A DNA stretch of 64,000 bases from an uncultured delta proteobacterium. GTDB lineage: Bacteria > Myxococcota > B64-G9. The translations under genes were made by a program, and so were the position numbers. The notes under the pieces were generated by a model. It had not been told where the DNA came from. It saw only the letters and a list, made by a program, of their open reading frames with translations, and did not search any database. The stretch lies in the NCBI GenBank assembly GCA_963754925.1, contig CAVWHX010000011.1:128001-192000 (forward strand), read 5' to 3'. Shown here one piece after another: positions 28,849 to 37,787 of the stretch; positions within the stretch are counted from its first letter, which is position 1; each line of letters begins with the position of its first letter.

Positions 28849-29982
28849 TTACTTCACGTCCTGATCATAAGAATCACCCTGCCTCTGCAGGAGGACGATC
28901 TGGTTCTTGCGCTTCGTTGGTGGAAGCACTAGCTGCACCGCCTTTGAAAATATCCTATAGTTGCCATATAAATAATCAGCCCGTGGATAGGCGCCCGGTT
29001 CGTTGCTGTTGTGCCACGTCCTGAAAGATAGTAATTGGTATACCTTATTCCTACTGGTCGGTATACCCGTGAAATAGAACGGTTGAGTATCATGGTCGTT
29101 TTGACGCGGCTGGTATAGGAGGGTGCCTTTTGCTTCTCCGGCGTTTTTCAGGTGGTCCGCGTTGTTCTCTCGATATTTTTTAAACAGGCCGTCTAACTGC
29201 CGTAATGTCATGCGGCAACCGATTTCATGAGGCCAAAACCCCGCATCATCGATTGAAATGCCGTATGAGCCTTTATACACAAGGGTATTTATCGCGTCAT
29301 TGAGCTTCATCAAAAACAGCGCCACTGGGGAAAAACGCGACTCCCAGAAGGAACCGATCATCCGGACAACATAGTCGATGAGCTGGCGGGCGGAATATGA
29401 GCGCCGTCTTACATACTCTCGTTGCAACCTCACCATTCTCGAGTATATGGCCGTATGGTTAGTGCCGACCGCTCCTCCTTCGAAATTGATAATCTTTTTC
29501 GTGAAGCTTAATATCGCATAATCCCCAAACATCCCCAGGGGTTTCCCCTTGTACAGCGAAAAGGGCGCGTGCGCCAGGTCCTCAATAACGACCAGATTAT
29601 GCTTTTTAGCAACGGCGCAAATCGTCTCGATGTCCGCAACCATGCCGTAGGTATGCACGACATAGATGGCCTTGGTGCGATCCGTGATTGAAGCGATTAT
29701 TTTTTCAGGATCGATATTGATGCCATTTTCTTCGGCATCGACGGGGACCGGTACGTGACCGGCCGCGGTAATGGTGTGTTTGATTATCGGGCACGTGAAG
29801 GCGGGGATGATGACCTCGGCGCGGCGATCCCACTGCAACGCTTTCAACAGCAGAAAAAACCCGTTCCTTGCGTATCCCGTGATGAGATAGTGCCGAAGCG
29901 GCAGCATCTCCGTAAGCTTTTCTCCAAGCCTCTCCGCCGCGGTTTTTTCCTTGATACTGCTGTCTTTTCTAAAACTGATCAT
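28849..29982 (-). CDS. DegT/DnrJ/EryC1/StrS-family PLP-dependent protein with divergent C-terminus
   Basis: EVIIPAFTC, TKAIYVVHTYG, VIEDLAHA, SFTKK..EGG. Confidence 0.85.
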   Translation of the reverse strand: MISFRKDSSIKEKTAAERLGEKLTEMLPLRHYLITGYARNGFFLLLKALQWDRRAEVIIPAFTCPIIKHTITAAGHVPVPVDAEENGINIDPEKIIASITDRTKAIYVVHTYGMVADIETICAVAKKHNLVVIEDLAHAPFSLYKGKPLGMFGDYAILSFTKKIINFEGGAVGTNHTAIYSRMVRLQREYVRRRSYSARQLIDYVVRMIGSFWESRFSPVALFLMKLNDAINTLVYKGSYGISIDDAGFWPHEIGCRMTLRQLDGLFKKYRENNADHLKNAGEAKGTLLYQPRQNDHDTQPFYFTGIPTSRNKVYQLLSFRTWHNSNEPGAYPRADYLYGNYRIFSKAVQLVLPPTKRKNQIVLLQRQGDSYDQDVK

Positions 29983-30005
29983 GGTACCTCAATCGGGTGT
30001 GGGCT

Positions 30006-31052
30006 CTATTGAATCACCGGCTGGTACGTGCTGTTGATCTGTACGTATTTACAATTGACCTGTGCGATTTTTTTGTTGCTAATCACTACTTCGAGTATCA
30101 TCCCTTTTGTCTGAGCAGCGCCGTTCTGGTCGGAAATGAAATTCCCGAGTGATTGGGCGATATAGTTATTCATGTACACCATGACCGGTTGTATCACTTG
30201 GGGATAATGACCAACGGTTAGGTCTGCTCCCTGATCTATGCAGTAGTGCGCGAATTCATCCTGGTCAGCATTCGGGATGTTTGTGCCTTGTGTGCCCATG
30301 TGCAGCGAAACAATGACCACATCGGCTTGTTGTTTTGCCTGAATGATTGCCGGGCCGACATAGGTCTCATAAAACCACGCAACTCCCGTTTGTGCGGTGA
30401 GCCCCTGGGTGGAATCATCCTGCTGGGCGCGGACGGAAGTTTCCGTCCCCTCGTTGGTGACGGTGGTAAATGCGAGAAGGGCTACCGTGGTTCCTTTTAC
30501 ATTAAAATATTTTGCGGTGTACGATTCATCAAAACTGCCTCCGCCGACATACGATATTCCTGCGTTTTTCAAACGCTGTAGGCTGTCATCGAACCCTGCC
30601 CTTCCGTAATCGAAGGCGTGGTCATTGGCGACGGATACGACATCGATGCCCGCATAGGTTAAGCCGTTTATGGCGGCCGGGTCAGCCTCGAAAGCGGTGC
30701 CATTTGAGACGGCGGTTGGATCCGCCGCCGTTCCGGCGTCGCTTATGATGCTCTCCAGATTCAAAAATGCCAGGTCGGCATTCCGCAGATAGTCACCGAC
30801 ATATTGAAACGGGTATTGGTAGCTGCCGCCGCCGTTGTTGATGACAGCATTTTTGACCCCGCGGGCCAGAATGGTATCGCCGGCGAATACCAGCTGGCTG
30901 GTATCATCAGGGGTGGTGGTTCCCGTTCCGGTGCCTGTTCCGGTTCCTGTTCCTGTTCCGGTTCCGGTACCGGTTCCGGTGCTCGGGGTGCATACGAAAG
31001 CCAGGTTGGGCAGTATTAATACGATTGCCGAAATAACCCAGATTTTTTTCAT
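30006..31052 (-). CDS. CapA/PgsA-family exported protein with a (TG)10 linker and altered metal-site motifs
   Basis: FAGD, NLES, SVANDHAFDYG, SLHMG, GHYPQV, SLGNF. Confidence 0.88.
   Translation of the reverse strand: MKKIWVISAIVLILPNLAFVCTPSTGTGTGTGTGTGTGTGTGTGTTTPDDTSQLVFAGDTILARGVKNAVINNGGGSYQYPFQYVGDYLRNADLAFLNLESIISDAGTAADPTAVSNGTAFEADPAAINGLTYAGIDVVSVANDHAFDYGRAGFDDSLQRLKNAGISYVGGGSFDESYTAKYFNVKGTTVALLAFTTVTNEGTETSVRAQQDDSTQGLTAQTGVAWFYETYVGPAIIQAKQQADVVIVSLHMGTQGTNIPNADQDEFAHYCIDQGADLTVGHYPQVIQPVMVYMNNYIAQSLGNFISDQNGAAQTKGMILEVVISNKKIAQVNCKYVQINSTYQPVIQ
30921..30980 (-). repeat. Thr-Gly x10 coding repeat
   Basis: Ten ACN-GGN hexamers with varied third positions. Confidence 0.95.
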
Positions 31053-32038
31053 GAGACTTCTCCTTGTAACAAACTTGCTTTGTATTTATAAGAAACTCTT
31101 TTTGTGATAATACCGTAATAAAAGGCACCGATAATCCCCCGCAAAAGTATAATAGACGCTGAATAGGTAAGGCTGAACGCAAGTATTTGCGCCGGCGTGC
31201 CATAGTCTTTAAAGAGAATAAGCATGGCCGCTTGTGACGTTCCCAGCCCAAAGGCAGATATGGGAATGCTGATAACCAGTAAAATGACCGAGACAAAGGT
31301 AATCATTTCGGCAAACGGTATATGCATGTTAAAAGCTCTGACGGCCAAGAAAAAAAAGACGACAAAGGTTGCGTAGAATCCGCACCTATAAACCGTAGTT
31401 ATGAAAAAGGTTCTCACCGGACTTTCGATAAATAGTTTCATCATCTCACTCTGCTTTATCTTCTTTATGAATGATTTTTCAGGGAGCAGCCTCAAGATTA
31501 TTGTTGATATAATGGTAAGCGCCAATAGTACCGTAGCGACCAAGGCTATATTTGACAACAGCGTCGAAAGCGCACCGGTTACTGCCGCTACGAGCCATCC
31601 GGCGATGGCCATGACGAGCACGGACACCTGGGTAATATAGTTTAGGAACAGCATGCACCCCGTCCCGCGGGTGATCGCGATGCCTTTATACTTATTTAGA
31701 TAATACACGATGCTGCCCATGCCCAGGGTGTAATCAATGATCATCAGTAGGTACGACGCGCCCCTAATGATTATGCTGTCAGGGAAGGGAATGGCGTTAT
31801 GAGAATACCTCAAGATTGCATGCAGGTTCTGCGTATCAGCGAGGAAATTCAGCAGTATGAAAGCCACAAGCACCGTCAGGTACAGTGCTACGTGCGCATG
31901 AGAAAGAGCATCCAACAGGGGATCAATTTCAATACTCCAAATAAGGTAGGCAAGGATAGCGGCACCCACAAACCAGGGAAGCATCCTCTTGATGAAATGG
32001 TTTTTAGAGCCACCGAACGCCATGATCTCGCACCTCAT
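31049..32038 (-). CDS. Lysylphosphatidylglycerol-synthase-TM (UPF0104) flippase-like membrane protein
   Basis: About 8 TM segments; IPISAFGLGTSQAA resembles the family PxxxxGxG motif. Confidence 0.75.
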   Translation of the reverse strand: MRCEIMAFGGSKNHFIKRMLPWFVGAAILAYLIWSIEIDPLLDALSHAHVALYLTVLVAFILLNFLADTQNLHAILRYSHNAIPFPDSIIIRGASYLLMIIDYTLGMGSIVYYLNKYKGIAITRGTGCMLFLNYITQVSVLVMAIAGWLVAAVTGALSTLLSNIALVATVLLALTIISTIILRLLPEKSFIKKIKQSEMMKLFIESPVRTFFITTVYRCGFYATFVVFFFLAVRAFNMHIPFAEMITFVSVILLVISIPISAFGLGTSQAAMLILFKDYGTPAQILAFSLTYSASIILLRGIIGAFYYGIITKRVSYKYKASLLQGEVS

Positions 32039-32101
32039 ATCAAAAACTCATTGACGCCGTTCAGTAACAATCAATGCGTTAGGGCTGTGCGCCCATCGTT
32101 T

Positions 32102-33541
32102 TCACAGTCCGCCTCTGGTGTAGCCAGCCCATGCCGAGCCCCAAGGCTTGGCGAATGTCCAGGCGTAATTGGTCGCCGACCCTTCGTTAAAGTTGTTGTA
32201 CATATACTCGGCGCAGTAGTCCGAGAAGTTCCTCAGGTTATCCGTTGTCAGATAGGACGGGTTTGTCGTCATGTCGGCCAGGATTTCTTCTGTTTTTCCG
32301 AAAATAAAATCTTCCAAAGGAAACGTCCATTGCTGGACCTTCGCCAGTTCGTTTTTGTTCATCGTTTTATCGTTCATCCCGGTCAACACATTTCCTAAGT
32401 TTGACCAATAAATGAGGTTGTCATAGATTTCTCGCCGGTTTGACGCCCTAGCCAGGAGCGAAGCATCATTGAGATCGTACTTGTTGCCGTCCATATCTAT
32501 GTCATCGACCCAGGCAAGATATGAAACCTCGCGGGCATACACAAAATAGGGGAGGAACACGCCAACCGACGGCTCGCCCAGAACACACCAGAATGCGGTC
32601 AGGTGGGGATCTCCGCCGGGAGCCACACCGTCGACCACCATGGCAAGCCGTGTCGCAGCCCGACTAATGCAATAGGTTGTGCTGTAGTTGGTTTGACAGC
32701 TGGCCTGGTCGAGCTGGTTTCCGTACCCGTCGATCTGCTGGCCATAGACGTCTTTTACAACTTCAGTCATGACATTCCTGTAGTTGAGCGTTCCTGAAAA
32801 AGCCAAAAGGGTTAAAAGATTTTCGGCACGCAAGCGGCGCTCTTCCCCGTATTCAATGGGAAGATAGGAGTTTGCATTGGCTCGGTTTTCAAAACCTATG
32901 AAGGTATTTCCTTGGCCCGGTATGGTTATGGGAATGAAGGTGCTATAGTCGGTGATATCGCCGTTATTAGCGTCGTATTTCCGGTACATGACCGGCCGAA
33001 GCATGCCCAAGATCGGGTCGGAAAGGGCTTCATAGAGCGCCGCTCCGCCCTTGGCGTCAATGGCGACAAAATTACCGCTGATGACTTTACCGAAATTGCT
33101 CTGGTTAAAGGTATGCAGCAATGCTTCGAAATCTTCGATGTTGGCGCATTCCTGAAGAGCGTGCCTGACCAGGTCGGTATTGACATTCAAGGCTTCCTCG
33201 ATCGGAACCATATCTTCATAAACCGATGTGACGGATATGGCAAAGCCTGCCTCATTCACTCCGCCGTGTGGATTAACTTGCGTCCCCGTGTTTAATTGCG
33301 CAAATAAATCATAATCAGTGGCCATTATATAGGCGCCGGCCTGCCCGGTTACCGCGGGGTAGTATTTTATCTCCTGGTGCCAGTCTCCGGAGCAGTCCAA
33401 GCTTTTCCAGATAAAGGGCCTCCCCGTCGTTGAAACACGGGCTGATACGACAGCTATATCGCATGGATACGCATAGGTACAGACGAGGCCGATCATTAAC
33501 GCCGATAATGTTATTAGAATACGTCTTGATTTATATGTCAT
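32102..33541 (-). CDS. Secreted Cys-nucleophile Ntn hydrolase/acyltransferase (C45/C69-like)
   Basis: Signal peptide then CDIAVVS...TTGRPFIWKSLD, GGVNEAGFAI, IDAKG, RAN; GGAGG before ATG 33541. Confidence 0.75.
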   Translation of the reverse strand: MTYKSRRILITLSALMIGLVCTYAYPCDIAVVSARVSTTGRPFIWKSLDCSGDWHQEIKYYPAVTGQAGAYIMATDYDLFAQLNTGTQVNPHGGVNEAGFAISVTSVYEDMVPIEEALNVNTDLVRHALQECANIEDFEALLHTFNQSNFGKVISGNFVAIDAKGGAALYEALSDPILGMLRPVMYRKYDANNGDITDYSTFIPITIPGQGNTFIGFENRANANSYLPIEYGEERRLRAENLLTLLAFSGTLNYRNVMTEVVKDVYGQQIDGYGNQLDQASCQTNYSTTYCISRAATRLAMVVDGVAPGGDPHLTAFWCVLGEPSVGVFLPYFVYAREVSYLAWVDDIDMDGNKYDLNDASLLARASNRREIYDNLIYWSNLGNVLTGMNDKTMNKNELAKVQQWTFPLEDFIFGKTEEILADMTTNPSYLTTDNLRNFSDYCAEYMYNNFNEGSATNYAWTFAKPWGSAWAGYTRGGL

Positions 33542-33640
33542 TCTTCTACCCTCCGTTGAATATGGATACATCATACCTGTTTTCGGTCGCCACCCCTGCC
33601 GTGCCTTACGAATTGTGCTTTCTCCTTTTCCACCGTTGAA

Positions 33641-35008
33641 CTAACCCGTTTCTCTTCCTCCGCAACCACGTTTAAAATCCTGCCGCAACGTCGGGTTCGA
33701 AAAACGGGACCCACTATGATCTTTGTCGGTTACCCAAGATTCAATAGCTTTCCGTTTAATGCCGTTTTTCATGGCAATGTGATCCACGTGCTCTACGCTG
33801 ATAGTGACTGGTTCGCCGAATATCTCGTGCAGGCTGTCTATCAGCTCCCGGAACTGGTGATCGGCGTATTCCCTGCCCTTGACGAGCTCGATGACAATAT
33901 GGCCCCGGTCCTTCTGTATGACTTTGAATTCCTCCATGAGGTGGAGGTATTTTTTTATAAATTTGGTGAAGGTATTTAAAATTTTAAGGGACGAGACGTA
34001 TTTGCCGCTTGGCAGAATAAATGAGTCGTCTGCCCTCCCCTCGAAGGCCTCGAGCAGCGGATACTCCAGGCCGCAGGGACATTTTTTGTCGCTGTACCGT
34101 CCGATGTCGCCTATGCGGTACCGGATGAAGGGCATGGCATCGCTTCTCGACGTGGTGAGGACCATCTCACCTTCTTCTCCGGGCTTAACGGTTTTCCCGC
34201 TCTTATCGAGAAATTCAACCCACACGTTGTCGATAAACAGGTGATAATTTCCCTCCCTGCATTGGGATGCGATCATCCATGTTTCCTCGGTGGAGTATTC
34301 ATCGTAAACCGGGCATCCAAAAACCGAAGATATGAATTCACGCTGGTCTTTCGTTGACAGCTCTGAGTTAATGCCGATGAATTTCGGCCTGATCAGTTTC
34401 AGATCATCCGGTGTCGCCTTCTGGGCGATTTCGAGGACAATGGACGCGTACCCTATGAGGAGGTCGGGTTGCGTCTTCCGCAGCATGGCTATTTGCTTTT
34501 CGAGAGAAATAGTCGAAGGTATATGGGCGGTCCGGAAAAATGGACCAAATCGGGGATATTTTATCGCCGTGTACTTGATGTAGGTCACCTTGTGCCACGG
34601 CCGATACCCTATCAAGGTATACATGCGAAGACCCGTTGCGATATAGAAAGCGTAGGCGGATAGATTGTAAACAAAGGGAAGAGACCTGCCGGTCGACCCG
34701 GTGGTGGCGGAATAATGGCACTTTTTTACATCGAATTTTCTTGAGACGATGCCCTTCGGAAACTGGTCGCGGATTTCATCCTTAGTTATGAACGGAAGTT
34801 TCTGCAAATCATCTAAGGTCTTGATATCACTTATGGTTACACCGTGGGAATCATAGAGCTGTCTATAACAGGGAACATTTTTATATGCTCGGTGGATTCC
34901 CCGAATGATTCTGCGCTCGGCTGATTGGTAAAGTTTCTTTTGTGAACGGAGGTTATTCCAATGAACTCTAATGACAGAAACAGCCAGGTATAACAAAAAT
35001 CTGATCAT
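33641..35008 (-). CDS. Phenylacetate-CoA ligase/CapK-like adenylate-forming enzyme
   Basis: DLQKLPFITK, TTGSTG, YSTEE, MPFIRYRIGD, CPCG, EGRADD. Confidence 0.9.
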   Translation of the reverse strand: MIRFLLYLAVSVIRVHWNNLRSQKKLYQSAERRIIRGIHRAYKNVPCYRQLYDSHGVTISDIKTLDDLQKLPFITKDEIRDQFPKGIVSRKFDVKKCHYSATTGSTGRSLPFVYNLSAYAFYIATGLRMYTLIGYRPWHKVTYIKYTAIKYPRFGPFFRTAHIPSTISLEKQIAMLRKTQPDLLIGYASIVLEIAQKATPDDLKLIRPKFIGINSELSTKDQREFISSVFGCPVYDEYSTEETWMIASQCREGNYHLFIDNVWVEFLDKSGKTVKPGEEGEMVLTTSRSDAMPFIRYRIGDIGRYSDKKCPCGLEYPLLEAFEGRADDSFILPSGKYVSSLKILNTFTKFIKKYLHLMEEFKVIQKDRGHIVIELVKGREYADHQFRELIDSLHEIFGEPVTISVEHVDHIAMKNGIKRKAIESWVTDKDHSGSRFSNPTLRQDFKRGCGGRETG

Positions 35009-35180
35009 CTTTCATACTCATAATCAAAGAGATTCACATGAATCTTGATTATCAGAATAGTTATACCCAACGCCGTTTATTCTGCATATATTTTTTCGCT
35101 ACATATATAAATATATAAAGGCCAACGCATTGTCAAGACCAAAAAGGTCTCGACGTAACGTATTCAAAAACTAGTGGTTT

Positions 35181-36434
35181 TTAGACGCTGCCGGGTGAAG
35201 TGCCAACAGATTCGATAATGCGACAGATATCGGTGAGGGGTTGAGCCGTTTGAATCTTCCTTGCGATTACTTTGCATTTTTCATTTACTTCCTGGGTAGT
35301 TAGGAGACATTGAAGCTTTGCGGCGAGTGATTCTGGCGTGCAGCTCCGGGAACTGATCACGTCGCCGATGCCAAGGGCTTTTACTCGGGCGCCGTTGTCG
35401 TATTGATCTATGCCCCAGGGCACCACGAGATGTGGGATACCCGCCCGCATAGCCTGGGCCATGGTACCGATGCCGCCGTGGTAGACCAAGAGCGCTGCTC
35501 GATTAAGCACCTGACTGAAAGGCACGTATTCAAAAAAGCGGATGTGATCGGGCAGATTCCGTGGAATCTGCTCTTTGAATTTGGATATGAGTAGGGCGCG
35601 CTTTCCGAGAGCGGTCGTTGCTGCCACGGCTTTTTCGAAAAATGAGGAGAATCTCTTATTGGGTGTTCCCGGCGTGAACACGATCGGGGCTTCGCCGCTT
35701 GAAAGGAATTTTTCGAGTTCTGCAGGCAGGATCCTGTCGGGCAGTGCGCCCTCGTCAAACAACGGAAAACTCGTCTGTTCCGTTTGGGCGGGCCAGTCAG
35801 GCTGCGGTTTGGCGAACCAGTCCGGAAAAAGCGCGATGATCTTGTCGGGCGAAAGCATCCAGCGAAACGCCCTGCGCTGCGGCCGCAGGCCGATTTGTTT
35901 TCGAAATTCGTTGAGCTTTGGACAAATATACCAGTCGAACAGAAGGTGGGCCCCTTGAAACAGCATACTGAAGATGTGTCTCGGCACCCAACGCGGATAA
36001 GGATTTAAGGTAAACAGGGGAGGATCGTACGACGATAAAAACATCATCGGCGCCAGATTGATGGTGACCATCGGCACCCCAAGTTTTTCGCGCGCCAGCC
36101 GGGCGCCCAACGAGGAAACATTGCACACCACCACGCGCGCCCCTTCCCGGCAATGAACGGAAAGATAATCATATACCGGCTTCATTGGGCGCAGATAGAG
36201 GTGTTGGAAGACCAGTGAGCGCATATTTGAATCTTCAAGTATATCAATCGCATTCGTAAATTCATGCGCGCTGCCAATGGAAAAAAATGACAGACCGGCT
36301 TTTTGTATGACGGGCTCAAAATAGCTGCTCGCGAGCACGGTAACCTGGTGTCCCTTGTTTTTCAGGGCCGACCCGATACCGAGCAGGGGGTAGAGATCAC
36401 CCTGGCTGCCTATCGAAACAATAATGACGCGCAT
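35181..36434 (-). CDS. GT1 glycosyltransferase, RhlB (rhamnosyltransferase)-like
   Basis: IGSQGDLYP, FPDWFAKPQPDWP, FTPGT, HGGIGTMAQA...P...DQYDNG. Confidence 0.88.
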   Translation of the reverse strand: MRVIIVSIGSQGDLYPLLGIGSALKNKGHQVTVLASSYFEPVIQKAGLSFFSIGSAHEFTNAIDILEDSNMRSLVFQHLYLRPMKPVYDYLSVHCREGARVVVCNVSSLGARLAREKLGVPMVTINLAPMMFLSSYDPPLFTLNPYPRWVPRHIFSMLFQGAHLLFDWYICPKLNEFRKQIGLRPQRRAFRWMLSPDKIIALFPDWFAKPQPDWPAQTEQTSFPLFDEGALPDRILPAELEKFLSSGEAPIVFTPGTPNKRFSSFFEKAVAATTALGKRALLISKFKEQIPRNLPDHIRFFEYVPFSQVLNRAALLVYHGGIGTMAQAMRAGIPHLVVPWGIDQYDNGARVKALGIGDVISSRSCTPESLAAKLQCLLTTQEVNEKCKVIARKIQTAQPLTDICRIIESVGTSPGSV

Positions 36435-36454
36435 AGCTTTTGCATTCTCGACAC

Positions 36455-37723
36455 CTAACCACTCGTCTTATCTGGATTGAGCGACACCACCGTACCGCCG
36501 CTTACCGCGGCGGGTTCGTCGGGACGGATTTCGCCAATACGGTTTGCTATTTCATCCGGCGGCTTCACCAGGAGAGCTCCGGCCGGGATTTCACGCCCGT
36601 GCGCAACAAAAACCCCGGCCGACACCCGTGCTCTCGGTCCGACGCAGACGCCAAGGTACGGGGAGCCGATGTCTACATAGCGCCCGCGATGTGCGACGCG
36701 AATATTTTTGTTGAAGTTTATGTCGAAAAAGGCGGAATTCGTAAGGGCGCACGCTTCTTCCCCCAGCAGGGAACCTTGCATGAGAAATTGGGCCGCAAGC
36801 GCCCCTGGATACACCACCGAGGAAATGACGACGGCATTACGCCCCACGACCGCCCCCTCGCCGATGACCGATCCGGTCACTTGTGCGCCTTCCATGATGG
36901 TCGCCCCCTCGGCAATAAACGATTTAGAGACGATGGCCCGCGGGGCGATCGTTACGCCCTTCTGGATAACGGACAATTCAATATAGGCGCTATGGTGAAT
37001 ATGCGCCCGCATGCTCACCGATTTGAGGCTTTCGAACAGACGTCCGCCCATCCAAGGAAATCCCCTGAGAGCGCGCCATGCATACCAGGATACGCCGCTA
37101 AGCCACCAACCGCTGTACAGCCGATCAAACCATAGTGCGGCGAGCGCTTCCATGTTAACCCGATGGATATGTATCCAATGGTTGATGTTGCACAGGTAAC
37201 TATCGCTGAGGGCCAACATCCCTTCTGGCTGCTTGAGCAGGCCTCGCGGTAGCGCATAGTGTATGACATATTCCTTATAGGGCAGCACTAGCGGTTCAGC
37301 ATCGGCCGCGGATGAATTACCGCGTAAAAAGTAAAAGGGAGCGGTCCATACCTCTTGGCGCGGCGAGCTCGTTACAGCCGGATCCAGACCATCAACAACG
37401 CTCGTATAGTTGGTATTCAACGCCTTGGGAAGGGCGGCCACGACCGAAACAGGTCCGCGTCTTTTCTGGGCCAGCCGAACAAAGCGACGCAGCACACTCC
37501 TCGAACAAGCCACGCTGTCGGCCACGACGAATGCGCCACAGGATTCGCGCCGAGCCATTTCCTCCGCTTCTTTAAGCGAACCCGTTCGCTCGATAGTGAA
37601 CCCGTTGGACGAGCATTCACGTTCGATGCTTTCTCCTAAGGTCCGACCTAAAACCCAGGCGCTACCTGCCGGAGCATCGAGGGGGGAAATGATCGTGGCG
37701 TTATGTACGATGAAGACTTTCAC
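36455..37723 (-). CDS. Left-handed beta-helix (hexapeptide repeat) protein with a divergent N-terminal domain
   Basis: SVIQKGVTIAPRAIVSKSFIAEGATIMEGAQVTGSVIGEGAVVG; GVCVGPRARVSAGV. Confidence 0.75.
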   Translation of the reverse strand: MKVFIVHNATIISPLDAPAGSAWVLGRTLGESIERECSSNGFTIERTGSLKEAEEMARRESCGAFVVADSVACSRSVLRRFVRLAQKRRGPVSVVAALPKALNTNYTSVVDGLDPAVTSSPRQEVWTAPFYFLRGNSSAADAEPLVLPYKEYVIHYALPRGLLKQPEGMLALSDSYLCNINHWIHIHRVNMEALAALWFDRLYSGWWLSGVSWYAWRALRGFPWMGGRLFESLKSVSMRAHIHHSAYIELSVIQKGVTIAPRAIVSKSFIAEGATIMEGAQVTGSVIGEGAVVGRNAVVISSVVYPGALAAQFLMQGSLLGEEACALTNSAFFDINFNKNIRVAHRGRYVDIGSPYLGVCVGPRARVSAGVFVAHGREIPAGALLVKPPDEIANRIGEIRPDEPAAVSGGTVVSLNPDKTSG

Positions 37724-37725
37724 AT

Positions 37726-37768
37726 TAAATCACTTGCTCGATTCGAGTGCAGTCTCGAATCGGGCTCG
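37726..37768. repeat. Palindromic element, family B copy 1
   Basis: taaatcac...cgattcgag-tgcagt-ctcgaatcgg; similar to 50248-50291. Confidence 0.7.
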
Positions 37769-37787
37769 TCTCATTCAATGAGCGAAG

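Noticed and set aside
30921..30980. Phase-variable simple sequence repeat
   Set aside because: The hexamer unit is in frame and synonymously diversified, so it is a protein linker rather than an on/off switch
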